The notes beneath the pieces are model-generated. The model made no database searches. It worked only from the letters and a program-made list of their open reading frames with translations, and was not told where the DNA came from. The translations under genes were made by a program, and so were the position numbers. From Oscillibacter sp. (GTDB lineage: Bacteria; Bacillota; Clostridia; Oscillospirales; Oscillospiraceae): 64,000 bases of DNA. Positions 1-9,720 of the stretch are shown here, piece by piece. Location of the stretch: contig NZ_DALZOY010000001.1 of assembly GCF_032018205.1 (NCBI RefSeq), positions 72,618-136,617 of the forward strand. The letters are read 5' to 3'. Position 1 is the stretch's first letter, and the number at the start of each line of letters is the position of its first letter.

Positions 1-442
1 CCTTCTCCAAAATTCCCCGCGCCACGCCTGCTGCGCAGGAGAGGTTGAAGTAGCCGTGCTTATCCATGGGGGGCACGCACATCATGGCTACGTTCACGGT
101 AAGAAAATGACGATAATAAGCCGTTATGTTCCGAAAAATCATGGGAATGTAATTGCAAAGGCCCCGGTCGCAGAGCGTGCGCTCATAGGCGGAGCAGTGC
201 CACGAGTTGTACAGGAAGTGCTCCCGGCTGGGGTCGCACTCCACCGTCTGGAGGGGAGAGAAAATCAGGTTTCCCCGGATTTTGACATCTGACAGCTCGT
301 CACGGCGCTTCGCCAGCGCCAAGTCCAAAAGCGTGGGGAAGCAGACGTTGGTGGTGTAGTCCACCCAATCGCCGGACTTCACCGCCCGGACCGCCTCCTC
401 CGGTGTGCGCAGCTTTGCGCGATAATCCGCAAAAATGTCCAT
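1..442 (-). CDS. Acetyl-CoA hydrolase/transferase family protein, butyryl-CoA:acetate CoA-transferase-like (5' part only; gene runs off the left edge)
   Basis: Absent from the ORF track because the window edge truncates it. My minus-strand translation from the ATG at 442 reads MDIFADYRAKLRTPEEAVRAVKSGDWVDYTTNVCFPTLLDLALAKRRDELSDVKIRGNLIFSPLQ...NSWHCSAYERT...VAMMCVPPMDKHGYFNLS. This fits the N-terminal pattern of But/4-hydroxybutyrate CoA-transferases (SGDWVDY, MD.HGYFN). Confidence 0.8.
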   Translation of the reverse strand, partial: MDIFADYRAKLRTPEEAVRAVKSGDWVDYTTNVCFPTLLDLALAKRRDELSDVKIRGNLIFSPLQTVECDPSREHFLYNSWHCSAYERTLCDRGLCNYIPMIFRNITAYYRHFLTVNVAMMCVPPMDKHGYFNLSCAAGVARGILEK

Positions 443-1063
443 ATTGGCAGCGTCCTTTCCCAATCGAGTCCCTTCGTTTAGAAGGGCTGATATTGCGTTT
501 AGTATAGCATCTGCACCTCACCGTCTCAAGATTTTTTTCCTGAAAGTGCGGACGAGCTCGCTTTGTCCGCGGCTCCCCAAAAAATAAAAAATAAAAGTAA
601 ACAATTACGTTTATCTTTCACTAAAAATTTTTTTTTTAAAAGATTTTGAAGCAAAAAGTAAAAAAGAGCTGAGTGCATTGCAAAAAATTCAAAAAAATAA
701 GATTTTTCGAAAAAGGAGAGGCTGTCGGGACTAAAAATGGATGTGAATATAAATACATAAAATTACGGAATATTTAAATAAAAAACACATAAAACCGAAA
801 GTTACAGAATAAGTAATTATTTTCATAAATAATAAATTGTTAAAACCTAAGGGAAAGTGGGTTAATGGGCAAGGGGATTTTACAGCCCAGAAATAAAAAA
901 GAGAAAAAACCCTCGAAAAACCTCGAAAAAGGTCGAACACACAAATTCAAATGAGAATGCGTATTATATGTCTCATAAATCACGGCAATTTGCTTTAATC
1001 TCGCAAAATATCTGTATAATTCGAGTAAAAAATGTAATTTTCGACAAAATATGAAGATTTTTG

Positions 1064-1092
1064 TTGCTTTTTATACTAAAACATCTTATAAT
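1064..1092 (+). promoter_or_regulatory. Candidate sigma-A promoter of the flgB operon
   Basis: TTGCTT (1064-1069), a 17-nt spacer, then TATAAT (1087-1092), read directly. It lies about 95 nt upstream of the flgB ATG. Prediction only. Confidence 0.4.
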
Positions 1093-1186
1093 ATGGCATT
1101 GATAAACCAGTCGCGCGGAGGATTAGAAGCCAAAAAGTGAAATGGCTTTCTCCGGCGCGGAGCCAAAGGCGAAGGGGGCGCGGAAA

Positions 1187-1576
1187 ATGGACTATGTAAC
1201 TAGCAACTCGGAATTGATGATGGAACGCTCCATGCGTTTCCTTTGGGCAAAGCAGACTGCGATTTTGGATAATATTTCAAATGCGGAGACGCCGGGGTAC
1301 AAGGCAAAATACGTCACCTTTGAGGAATCCCTGAAGAAAAGCCTTAAATCTGCTTTGGGAGCGTCGGCCCCTGCGGCGGCGTTTCGCAGCGTGCTGGAAG
1401 ACGCCCGGCCCACGGTTCGCACTGCCAGCAGCGAGAGCACTCGCATGGATGAAAACGGCGTGAACATGACGGAGCAAGGCGTGGAGCTGGCGCGGAATAC
1501 CTATCAGCTTCGCTATGCGATGAATTCCATCAGCAGCAACCTGAGTATCCTGCGCACCGCCATCAAGGGCCAGTGA
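1187..1576 (+). CDS. flgB: Flagellar basal-body rod protein FlgB
   Basis: ORF 1142..1576. The internal ATG at 1187 follows an AAGGGGG RBS. Rod-family N-terminal motif ILDNISNAETPGYKA. First gene in the conserved flgB-flgC-fliE order. Confidence 0.9.
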   Translation: MDYVTSNSELMMERSMRFLWAKQTAILDNISNAETPGYKAKYVTFEESLKKSLKSALGASAPAAAFRSVLEDARPTVRTASSESTRMDENGVNMTEQGVELARNTYQLRYAMNSISSNLSILRTAIKGQ

Positions 1577-1606
1577 CCCCACGCGGACTTGTGAGGAGGA
1601 AATGAC

Positions 1607-2062
1607 ATGGCTTTTTTAAGCTCTATGAATATCATCGGCTCCGGCCTGACGGCACAGCAGCTTCGGCTGGACGTGGTGTCGGAGAACATTACCAATATGA
1701 ACACCACCCGAACGGAGGCCGGCGGCGCCTACCGGCGCAAGATGGTGGTGCTTGAAGCACAGGACGGGCGGGACAGCTTTCGCAATGTGCTGGCCCGCAG
1801 TTCTCTTTCGTCCAACGCGGGATATAACACCGCGGGAGGCGTTCGGGTGACGGAGATTGCTGAGGACCCATCCGACCTGAAGCTGATGTACGATCCCACC
1901 CATCCTGACGCCAATGAAGACGGCTATGTGGAGCTGCCCAATGTCACGCTGGTGAAAGAGGTTACGGACGCCATGGCCGCCACGCAGGCGTACTCTGCCG
2001 GGGTTACGGCGCTGAACTCCCTGAAGACTGTAATCAATCAGGCGCTGGAGATCGGCAGATAA
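1607..2062 (+). CDS. flgC: Flagellar basal-body rod protein FlgC
   Basis: SGLTAQQLRLDVVSENITNMNTTRT at the N terminus and VTLVKEVTDAMAATQAYSA at the C terminus, both typical of FlgC. Synteny supports the call. Confidence 0.95.
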   Translation: MAFLSSMNIIGSGLTAQQLRLDVVSENITNMNTTRTEAGGAYRRKMVVLEAQDGRDSFRNVLARSSLSSNAGYNTAGGVRVTEIAEDPSDLKLMYDPTHPDANEDGYVELPNVTLVKEVTDAMAATQAYSAGVTALNSLKTVINQALEIGR

Positions 2063-2135
2063 TAACAAGAAAAGCGAGCCGCGCGAACAAAGGCGGCGAC
2101 CCGGCAACGTTTGAAATGCCGGAAGAGGAGAGGTT

Positions 2136-2456
2136 TTGATGAGCACAGAATTTACAGGAATTCAATCCACCATCCGGCCGATTTCCGACTTGTCCGCACT
2201 GAGCGGCGCACAAAAAGCGGACGGCGGGGAAACCGGCGGGGTTTTCGCGGATATTTTTCAGACGGCCATTGACAATGTGAAGTCCACCGACAAGGAAATG
2301 GTGGAAGCACAGTATCTTTTGGCCACCGGTCAGTTGGACAATCCTGCGGAGGCGACCATCGCTGCCACGAAGGCCACTGCCGCCGTGGAGCTGCTGATTC
2401 AGTTGCGGAACAAGGCGCTGGACGCCTATGGCGAACTGAATCGTATCAGCCTGTAA
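2136..2456 (+). CDS. fliE: Flagellar hook-basal body complex protein FliE
   Basis: 106 aa. FADIFQTAIDNVKSTDKE...ATIAATKATAAVELLIQLRNKALDAYGELNRISL is a FliE-like C terminus. Position after flgC fits. Confidence 0.9.
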   Translation: MMSTEFTGIQSTIRPISDLSALSGAQKADGGETGGVFADIFQTAIDNVKSTDKEMVEAQYLLATGQLDNPAEATIAATKATAAVELLIQLRNKALDAYGELNRISL

Positions 2457-2493
2457 CGGGCGGCTTTTAAAGTTTAGGTGGGGGTAAAGCAAA

Positions 2494-4113
2494 TTGCAGG
2501 AGACGCTGAAGGGCTTTGGCGGAAAACTTAAAGAGTTTTTTACCAAGATGAGTAAAAAAACGCGGATAATTTTAGGCTGTGCGCTGGGTGCAGTGATTTT
2601 GGCGGGCGCTATTTTTGCCATTGCCATGAGTCATCGGCCCTACGCTGTTTTATTTACGGGCTTGAGTCCGGAGGAGGTTACCTCCATTTCCGCTTACTTG
2701 CGGGATAACGGCGCAACGGACTTTCAGGTGCAGGGCACGGACACAGTTTTGGTGCCCGAGGCGCAAGAGGAGCAGTTAAAAGCAGACTTGCTGCTGGCGG
2801 GCTATCCCACCTCCGGCTTTGCGTATGAGACATATCGGCAGGGTGTGGGCGCCATGTCTACGGATTCTGACCGGCAAATGGCATATTTGCAGGACTTGCA
2901 GGACCGGATGGCAGGCGTCATTCGCCGCTTTGACGGCGTGAAATCCGCAGTGGTCAACATTACGCAGGGGGAAGACCGGCGCTATGTGCTGGACAGCAGC
3001 AATATGGTAAACGCCTCAGCCTCGGTCTTTGTGACCATGCAGGGGAACGGGGCGCTTCCCGACAAGGTGGCATCCGCCATCCGCTATCTGGTGGCCCACT
3101 CGGTAAAAGGCCTTGTGATTGACAATATCGCCATTTCAGATTCTCTGGGCAACGTTTATTCCGGCGCCGCCGGTACTGCCGGGGCAACGGATGCGTCCGA
3201 ATTGAAGCTGCGGCTGGAGGAGCAGGTGGACAACAAGGTCCGCTCCCAGATTATGATGGCGCTCACTCCGTTTTATGGCGCGGATAACGTTCGTGTGGCG
3301 GTAAGCAGCACCGTGGACGTGGACCACACCGTGGGCGAGAGTACAAAATATACCCTTCCCGACTGGGCGGGCGACGGCTCTACCGGCGGAGAGGGAATTA
3401 TCGGCTCCAAGGTCTACGATCAGGAAGTTGTTCGCGGGGACAGCGATACTGCCGGAGGTGTGGCGGGAAACCAGACCAACGCGGACATCAATACTTATGT
3501 TGAAAACCAGACCGGCGTGGACGACGAGAAAACCTACATCAAAAATCAGGGTGAAACCAATTACAATGTGGATACCAACAAGCAGCAGACAGAGCGGATT
3601 GCAGGCGTGATTGCTGACTTGATGGTGTCCGTCAGTATTAACAGCGCGGTTTCCGGCAGTATGACGCCTGCCGAGCTGATCAGCCACGTGGGCCATGCCG
3701 CAGGCATTGCTCCCAATGAGCAGACGGACAAAATTTCCATTCTGTTGGCCCCGTTCTACGATCCCGACGGAGGAATCGTCCCCGGAGGAAACGAACTGAA
3801 CCTGCCTCCGTGGGTGCTTCCGGCCGCCATAGGCGGCGGAGCGCTGCTGCTGGTGCTTCTGCTTCTGCTGGCCATTTTGGGAAGCAGACGCAAAAAGCGG
3901 AAGGCTTTGGCCGCTGCGTCCATGGTGGCGCAGATCGCCTCGCCGCAGGTGGCGGAGGTCGAGGTGCCTTTGAATGGCGCGGACATTATGACCGTCAAAA
4001 CGGAAAAGAGTATCCAGCTCCGTCAGAGTATCCGCAAATTTGCGGAGGAAAATCCCGAAATGGCCGCGCACATGCTGAAAAATTGGCTGAGGGGAGGCGA
4101 AGAGGATGAGTAA
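2494..4113 (+). CDS. fliF: Flagellar M-ring protein FliF
   Basis: TTG start behind an AGGTGGGGG RBS. N-terminal TM (IILGCALGAVILAGAIFAI), a long periplasmic ring region, a second TM (AAIGGGALLLVLLLLLAIL) and a charged C-terminal tail. Size and synteny fit. Confidence 0.9.
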   Translation: MQETLKGFGGKLKEFFTKMSKKTRIILGCALGAVILAGAIFAIAMSHRPYAVLFTGLSPEEVTSISAYLRDNGATDFQVQGTDTVLVPEAQEEQLKADLLLAGYPTSGFAYETYRQGVGAMSTDSDRQMAYLQDLQDRMAGVIRRFDGVKSAVVNITQGEDRRYVLDSSNMVNASASVFVTMQGNGALPDKVASAIRYLVAHSVKGLVIDNIAISDSLGNVYSGAAGTAGATDASELKLRLEEQVDNKVRSQIMMALTPFYGADNVRVAVSSTVDVDHTVGESTKYTLPDWAGDGSTGGEGIIGSKVYDQEVVRGDSDTAGGVAGNQTNADINTYVENQTGVDDEKTYIKNQGETNYNVDTNKQQTERIAGVIADLMVSVSINSAVSGSMTPAELISHVGHAAGIAPNEQTDKISILLAPFYDPDGGIVPGGNELNLPPWVLPAAIGGGALLLVLLLLLAILGSRRKKRKALAAASMVAQIASPQVAEVEVPLNGADIMTVKTEKSIQLRQSIRKFAEENPEMAAHMLKNWLRGGEEDE

Positions 4114-5239
4114 CTCCAGAAAGACCAGGGGCGGCCCAAACGCCACGGCTGAAAAGACCCAGACGGCGGCGGCCAACTTTGCGGGTGAAAATCGTGACGA
4201 GATGCCCCGGCCCCAGCAGGCTGTGAAGGAAAAGCCGCTCCCGGTTCTCTCCGGGCCTCAGAAGGCCGCGGCGGTGATTGTCTCGCTGGGTGCAGATAAA
4301 GCATCTCAAATCTACAAGTTTATGGACTCCGACGACGTGGAAACCCTGACGCTGGAGGTAGCGAAGCTGGGGTATCTGGACTCCCGCCAGACGGAGGATA
4401 TTCTCGGCGATTTTTACGAGCTGTGCCTCACCAACAAGGCGATTACCGAGGGCGGTCTGGAGTACGCCAGAACGGTTCTGGAAAAGGCATTTGGAGAGCA
4501 GACGGCAAACCAACTGCTGGAAAAAGTGGAAAAGTCCATGAAGAACCGGCAGTTTGCATTCTTGGACAAGGCGGACGCCAAATCCTTGTTTTCCGCCTTA
4601 CAGTATGAGCGGCCCCAGACCATTGCGCTGGTGCTGTCCTATGTCAGTCCCGGTAAGTCCGGCAACGTGGTGGAGCAGCTTGACCCCGCCAAGCAGATCA
4701 AAGTGGTGGAGAACATGGCCAAAATGGAAAGCCCTTCTCCCAGCACCATGAAAATTATAGAGGCGGAAATGGGGCGGCGGTTCTCCACCATCATCAGCAG
4801 CAAGCATGTGAAGGTTGGCGGCATCGACTTTGTGGCCGACATGATGAACAATATCGACCGTTCCAGCGAGAAGAGCATTTTCGACGGCTTGTCCATCTAC
4901 AATCAGGAGCTGGCGGACGAAATCCGCAAGCGGATGTTTGTATTCGAGGATTTGGTCAGTATGGACGACCGCTCGGTTCAGCGCTTCCTGCGGGACTGCG
5001 ACCCCAAAGACATTGTCCTCTCCCTCAAGGCCGCCACCGACGACGTGTCCAACAAGCTGCTCGCCAATATGTCCACCCGCATGGCGCAGAACATCCGGGA
5101 CGATCTGGAGATTACCACCAACGTCCGCATGAAGGACGTGGAAGAAGCGCAGCAGCGCATCGTGGATGTAATCCGCAAGCTGGAGGAGCAGAACGAAATT
5201 ATCATCATCAAGGGCGGAAAGGACGACATCATTGCGTAA
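4106..5239 (+). CDS. fliG: Flagellar motor switch protein FliG (with ~45-aa N-terminal extension)
   Basis: LSGPQKAAAVIVSLGADKASQIYKFM, KRMFVFEDLVSMDDRSVQRFLRD and TRMAQNIRDDLE are FliG hallmarks. Overlaps the fliF stop by 8 nt. Confidence 0.95.
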   Translation: MSNSRKTRGGPNATAEKTQTAAANFAGENRDEMPRPQQAVKEKPLPVLSGPQKAAAVIVSLGADKASQIYKFMDSDDVETLTLEVAKLGYLDSRQTEDILGDFYELCLTNKAITEGGLEYARTVLEKAFGEQTANQLLEKVEKSMKNRQFAFLDKADAKSLFSALQYERPQTIALVLSYVSPGKSGNVVEQLDPAKQIKVVENMAKMESPSPSTMKIIEAEMGRRFSTIISSKHVKVGGIDFVADMMNNIDRSSEKSIFDGLSIYNQELADEIRKRMFVFEDLVSMDDRSVQRFLRDCDPKDIVLSLKAATDDVSNKLLANMSTRMAQNIRDDLEITTNVRMKDVEEAQQRIVDVIRKLEEQNEIIIIKGGKDDIIA

Positions 5240-6155
5240 CGGGAATGTCCTGAAAAACTTTATAAGACCCAAGGCGGAGCCCTATCTTTTCCCCGACAAT
5301 CTTGAGGATGAAACGCCCGCTGCGACACAGAGAAACGCGGCGGAAGACCTGCGGGAGGGCTTTTTAGACGAGCTGTTTGTTGACGGTGCGCCCCAGGGCG
5401 GGGACGCTCCGGCAAAGGAAAAGGACAGCTTCCGGGAGTCGGAACAAACGGAGGAACCGCTTGCCGCGGCCGGCCGGATTCAATTTGCAAACGTGCAGGC
5501 CGAGGCGATTCTGGCAGCGGCGAAAGAGGAAGCAGAACAGATGAAAGCCGCCGCTGGGGCCGAGGCCCGGACCATGGCGGAGAAAGTTCGGGAGGATGCC
5601 CGCCGGGAGGGCTACCGCGAGGGTTATGCCGAGGGGATAGCCGGGGCGGAGCAGGATTTGGCGGAGCGACGCGAGACACAGGCCGCCAAGCTGGAGCAGC
5701 AGCTTCAAACCTTTTTGGAGAATATCGCTTTGGCACAGGACGAGTTGATGGATGACGCCAAGACCGACATGCGGGACCTTGCGGTGGCGGTGGCGGAAAA
5801 GGTGGTGCGCATCAGCCTGAAAAGCTCCAGCGGCGTCATTGCCAAGATGATTCAGGACGCCACGGAGAAAATGAAAAAACGGGAATGGGTCCATATTTAC
5901 GTCTCCGGCTGCGATGCCAAGGGCCTTGCCCAGATTACCCCTCGGCTGACCCGGGCGCTTTCCGGACTGTCCGACCACATCCGCATCATTCCCGTGGCGG
6001 AGGAGGAGGGCGGCACCTGCATTATCGAAACGCCAGACGCCATTATCGACGCCAGCGCCCCTACGCAGATGGCCAATATTCGGGCGATGCTGGAAAATAT
6101 CTCGCCGGACGATGGCCCATCCCAGAACTTCGGACGACGCCCGGGCGACCGGTGA
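5232..6155 (+). CDS. fliH: Flagellar assembly protein FliH (export ATPase regulator)
   Basis: Position between fliG and fliI. Charged coiled-coil centre (EAILAAAKEEAEQMKAAAGAEAR...) and a FliH/YscL-like C-terminal region. True start is uncertain. Confidence 0.75.
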   Translation: MRNGNVLKNFIRPKAEPYLFPDNLEDETPAATQRNAAEDLREGFLDELFVDGAPQGGDAPAKEKDSFRESEQTEEPLAAAGRIQFANVQAEAILAAAKEEAEQMKAAAGAEARTMAEKVREDARREGYREGYAEGIAGAEQDLAERRETQAAKLEQQLQTFLENIALAQDELMDDAKTDMRDLAVAVAEKVVRISLKSSSGVIAKMIQDATEKMKKREWVHIYVSGCDAKGLAQITPRLTRALSGLSDHIRIIPVAEEEGGTCIIETPDAIIDASAPTQMANIRAMLENISPDDGPSQNFGRRPGDR

Positions 6156-6168
6156 AAAAGGAGCAGCC

Positions 6169-7470
6169 GTGTTTGGTCAAATGATCCAGCAGCTTCAAAA
6201 CGCCGATACCTTCAGCCTCACGGGAAGGATCGAGAATATCGTCGGCATGTCCATCGAGGCTTCGGGTAAAAACGCGGCCGTGGGCGACATCTGCCGCATA
6301 TACAACGGCGACACCGGAGATCAGGTGACGGCGGAGGTGGTGGGCTTTAAAAACGACCGCATTCTCCTGATGCCTTACTCCGACATGAGCGGTATCTCCG
6401 CGGGCAACTTTGTCCGCAACACGGGAAAGCAGCTCACCCTCCCTATGGGGCTGTTTCTCAGAGGGCGCATCATCAATGCGCTGGGTCAGCCCATCGACGG
6501 CGGCCCCGCCTTTGAGGCCGGGACCTCCCACTGCGTGGAGGGCAAATACATCAATCCTCTCTCCCGCCCTGCTATTACGGAGCGGATGGAGTTCGGCGTG
6601 AAAGCCATCGACGGGCTGCTTACCATCGGAAAGGGCCAGCGTATCGGAATCTTCGCAGGTTCCGGCGTGGGCAAAAGCACCCTGATGGGTATGATCGCAA
6701 GAAACGTGAAAGCGGATATCAACGTTATTGCTCTGGTGGGCGAGCGCGGCCGAGAGGTTCTGGATTTCGTCCGCAAGGATTTGGGGGAAGAGGGCATGGC
6801 CCGCTCCATTCTGGTGGTGGCCACCTCTGACCAGCCCGCGATGCTTCGTAAAAAATGCCCCTCCGTTGCCACCGGTATTGCGGAATATTTCCGGGATCAG
6901 GGCTACGACGTGCTCTTGATGATGGATTCCCTTACTCGGTTTGCAATGGCCCAGCGGGAAATCGGTCTTGCCGTGGGCGAACCGCCCGTGGCGCGGGGAT
7001 ACACGCCCTCCATTTACGCCGAGCTTCCTAAGCTTTTGGAGCGCAGCGGAAATTTCGAGCGCGGCTCCATCACCGGAGTTTACACCGTTTTGGTGGAGGG
7101 CGACGACACCAACGAACCCATTGCCGATACCGTCCGGGGCATTCTGGACGGGCATATCGTTCTCTCCCGGCGGCTGGCCGCCGCAAACCACTATCCCGCC
7201 ATCGACGTGGGCGCAAGCATTTCCCGTCTGATGACGGATATCGTCCCCATGGAAAACCGCAGAACGGCGGGCCGCGTCCGAGACATCATGAGCGTCTATG
7301 AAAAAAGCTCAGATCTGGTGTCCATCGGCGCGTACAAGGCAGGGACGAACCCCAAGCTGGACTACGCTTTGAACAAAATCGACGCCATTGACAGTTTTCT
7401 AAAGCAGGGCATTGACGAGGCGTTTTCCTATGAGGAAACCATGGGAGAGATGGATCGCATTCTCCAATAA
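6169..7470 (+). CDS. fliI: Flagellum-specific ATP synthase FliI
   Basis: ORF 6112..7470. The likely start is the GTG at 6169, behind an AAAAGGAG RBS. Walker A GSGVGKST, Walker B VLLMMDSLTR, and F1/T3SS-ATPase-like sequence throughout. Confidence 0.95.
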   Translation: MFGQMIQQLQNADTFSLTGRIENIVGMSIEASGKNAAVGDICRIYNGDTGDQVTAEVVGFKNDRILLMPYSDMSGISAGNFVRNTGKQLTLPMGLFLRGRIINALGQPIDGGPAFEAGTSHCVEGKYINPLSRPAITERMEFGVKAIDGLLTIGKGQRIGIFAGSGVGKSTLMGMIARNVKADINVIALVGERGREVLDFVRKDLGEEGMARSILVVATSDQPAMLRKKCPSVATGIAEYFRDQGYDVLLMMDSLTRFAMAQREIGLAVGEPPVARGYTPSIYAELPKLLERSGNFERGSITGVYTVLVEGDDTNEPIADTVRGILDGHIVLSRRLAAANHYPAIDVGASISRLMTDIVPMENRRTAGRVRDIMSVYEKSSDLVSIGAYKAGTNPKLDYALNKIDAIDSFLKQGIDEAFSYEETMGEMDRILQ

Positions 7471-7501
7471 AGGCCGGATTGCCGGAGAGGGGGCCTAAGG
7501 C

Positions 7502-7957
7502 GTGAAAAAGTTTCGTTTTTCGCTGGACACCGTGCTGGATTACCGCCGACAGGTCCAGGACTCCATTCAGGTGGAGCTGGGCGCACTGACGGCGGAGGTC
7601 CGGCGGCAGGAAGCCGCGCTGGAGGCCGCGCGGCAGAAATACGCGGAAATCAACCGGGAGTACCGGGAGAAAAAGGCCGACGGCATGTTGATCGCGGAGC
7701 TCCGGGCCTATGAAACGGCGCTGGAAGTGCAGGAGGCCATGTGCGTCCGGGAGACGGGAAAGCTGAACGTCCTCCGAAGGCAGGAAGAGGCCAAGCGCCG
7801 GGAGCTGGTGGGTGCCAAGCAGGACGCTTCCTCGGTGGAAAAGCTGAGGGAGAAAAAGTTTTTGGCCTACACAAAGGAATTGGAAAAAAGCGAGGAACAG
7901 TTTATCGATGATTTGGTGTGTGCCCGCAGCGGAATTGCGCGGAGCGCAGCGCCTTAA
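7502..7957 (+). CDS. fliJ: Flagellar export protein FliJ
   Basis: 151-aa coiled-coil protein (FRFSLDTVLDYRRQVQDSIQVEL...) directly after fliI. Confidence 0.75.
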   Translation: MKKFRFSLDTVLDYRRQVQDSIQVELGALTAEVRRQEAALEAARQKYAEINREYREKKADGMLIAELRAYETALEVQEAMCVRETGKLNVLRRQEEAKRRELVGAKQDASSVEKLREKKFLAYTKELEKSEEQFIDDLVCARSGIARSAAP

Positions 7958-7998
7958 TCATAAATCGCGGCCCCATTTCATTGAAAGGAGGTGAGAAA

Positions 7999-9156
7999 AT
8001 GACGATGACGAACGAATTGCTGCAAATGATACAGGTTTATGCCCAAACCCGGACGCAGAAAACCGACGTGACCAACGACATCCAAACATCCCAAAGCGGC
8101 GCGTCCGACTTTGAAAAGCTGCTGCGAAACCGTACGGATGCGGGGCGGACAAAGACGGTGGAGCAGCCCGAACCCGGAAAAGCCGAGGCAGAGCAGCCGC
8201 AGGACCCACAGGATGAAGCCCTTCGGGAGGTGACGGCGGCGATGGCGATGCTGATGTCTCAGACCCAGCTGCCGCAGGTGCAAACCGCGGAGCTTTTGCC
8301 GGAGGAATCCACGCCGCAGGCCATGGCACCCGCAGTTTTGCAGATCGGGGAAGAATCGGCTTCGGCAGATGGCCCTGTGGAAACCGGGCTTTTGAACGCG
8401 GGAAACCTTGGCGCAAAGCAGGAAAACCCGTTGGGACGGGACACGACCGCTCTTTACACAGTCCGAAACCCGGAGACAGGGCAGGATGCGGGGCTTTCTC
8501 AAAGCACTCAAACTGCACAAGCTTCTCAAGCGACACAAATTCTATCTTCGGAGAATACGGGCGCACAGTCCGGTGGCGCGGATGCGCAGGCACAGAGTGA
8601 ATACGCCGACCTGCTTCGCAGTTCCCAGAGCAATGAAGCCCTTCAGCCCGAAAATGCCGACGCGGGAGCACCCCAGCCCCTGTTCCGCGAGACGGACGCC
8701 GTCCCCGTGAAGGTGGGCGAGCCGGTGGCGGACACCACCCGGACGGATTTGGACGACCAATTGACAGAGCAGGTGGGCAAAGCCCTGAGGGACGGCACAC
8801 AGCAAGTCAAGCTCCGCCTGAACCCCGATCATCTTGGCACGCTGACCATTGACCTGACTCGAACGCAGGACGGCGCGCTTCAGGTGGTGTTCCACACGAC
8901 CACCGAAAAGGCGGCGGACCTGTTGAGCCGCCACGCGGACAGCCTGAGCGCTCTGCTCCAGAGCAACGGTCAGAGCACGGTGCAAGTGGAGGTTCGGCGA
9001 CAGGAGGAAACCCAGCAGTATCAGCAGCAAGACCAGCAACAGGATCGGCAGCAGGAGCACAGCCGCCGCCAGCAGGACCAGCGCCGCCAAAGCGGAGAGG
9101 ATTTCCTCCAGCAGCTTCGGCTGGGCTTGGTAACACTGGACGGACAGGTGAGCTGA
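7999..9156 (+). CDS. fliK: Flagellar hook-length control protein FliK
   Basis: ORF 7918..9156. The ATG at 7999 follows an AAAGGAGGTGAG RBS. Disordered Q/A/E-rich N-terminal part and a Flg_hook-type C-terminal domain (VKLRLNPDHLGTLTIDLTRTQDGALQVVFHT). Confidence 0.85.
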   Translation: MTMTNELLQMIQVYAQTRTQKTDVTNDIQTSQSGASDFEKLLRNRTDAGRTKTVEQPEPGKAEAEQPQDPQDEALREVTAAMAMLMSQTQLPQVQTAELLPEESTPQAMAPAVLQIGEESASADGPVETGLLNAGNLGAKQENPLGRDTTALYTVRNPETGQDAGLSQSTQTAQASQATQILSSENTGAQSGGADAQAQSEYADLLRSSQSNEALQPENADAGAPQPLFRETDAVPVKVGEPVADTTRTDLDDQLTEQVGKALRDGTQQVKLRLNPDHLGTLTIDLTRTQDGALQVVFHTTTEKAADLLSRHADSLSALLQSNGQSTVQVEVRRQEETQQYQQQDQQQDRQQEHSRRQQDQRRQSGEDFLQQLRLGLVTLDGQVS

Positions 9157-9191
9157 ACGATTCGGATTCTCGAAAGAAAGGAGCAACTTAT

Positions 9192-9638
9192 ATGAGCAGC
9201 TTTATCGGCGATATCGCAAATATTGGCAGTGTCAGTTCAACGTCCAGCAGCAAGTCTGGTTCAATGACCCTGGAAATGGAGGGCTTTTTGCAGTTGATGC
9301 TTGCCCAGTTCCAGAATCAGGACCCGGAAAACGCCGCTTCTACCACCGATATGCTGAATCAGATGGTGCAGATGTCCATGGTGCAGGCCATTACCAACAT
9401 CACAGACGCCGTTACACTGAACTATTCCGCCTCTCTGGTGGGAAAAGAAGTGACCATCGGCAGCTACGACTCCGATGGAAAGCTACAGGAGCTTGTGGGA
9501 ACCGTCTCCGGCACGGGCACATACAACGGCAATCCCGTGGTATTTGTGAACGGAAAGAGTTACAGCATGAGCAGCATCATGGCAGTGGGCCGCCTGCCCG
9601 ACTACAAAGAGGAAGCGTCCGGGGATACGACCACCTGA
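9192..9638 (+). CDS. flgD: Flagellar hook capping/assembly protein FlgD
   Basis: FLQLMLAQFQNQDPENA motif plus a C-terminal beta domain. Position before flgE fits. Confidence 0.9.
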   Translation: MSSFIGDIANIGSVSSTSSSKSGSMTLEMEGFLQLMLAQFQNQDPENAASTTDMLNQMVQMSMVQAITNITDAVTLNYSASLVGKEVTIGSYDSDGKLQELVGTVSGTGTYNGNPVVFVNGKSYSMSSIMAVGRLPDYKEEASGDTTT

Positions 9639-9720
9639 ACCCAAGCAGACCGACTCTGCGTTCTGATGGCGGAGAGGACGGTTTTACTCCATCAATCAGA
9701 CTGTCAAAGGAGTGAGAGCA

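Noticed and set aside
731-940. A 69-aa ORF inside the AT-rich island.
   Set aside because: Its composition is driven by AT-rich DNA (rich in Phe, Ile, Lys and Tyr). It has no RBS and lies in the likely promoter region.
540-1186. A c-di-GMP riboswitch or invertible flagellar switch upstream of flgB, as in C. difficile.
   Set aside because: I could not find GEMM-I/II core sequences, nor a pair of >=15-bp inverted repeats flanking a segment. Only short palindromes and A-tracts are present. A covariance-model search is still recommended.
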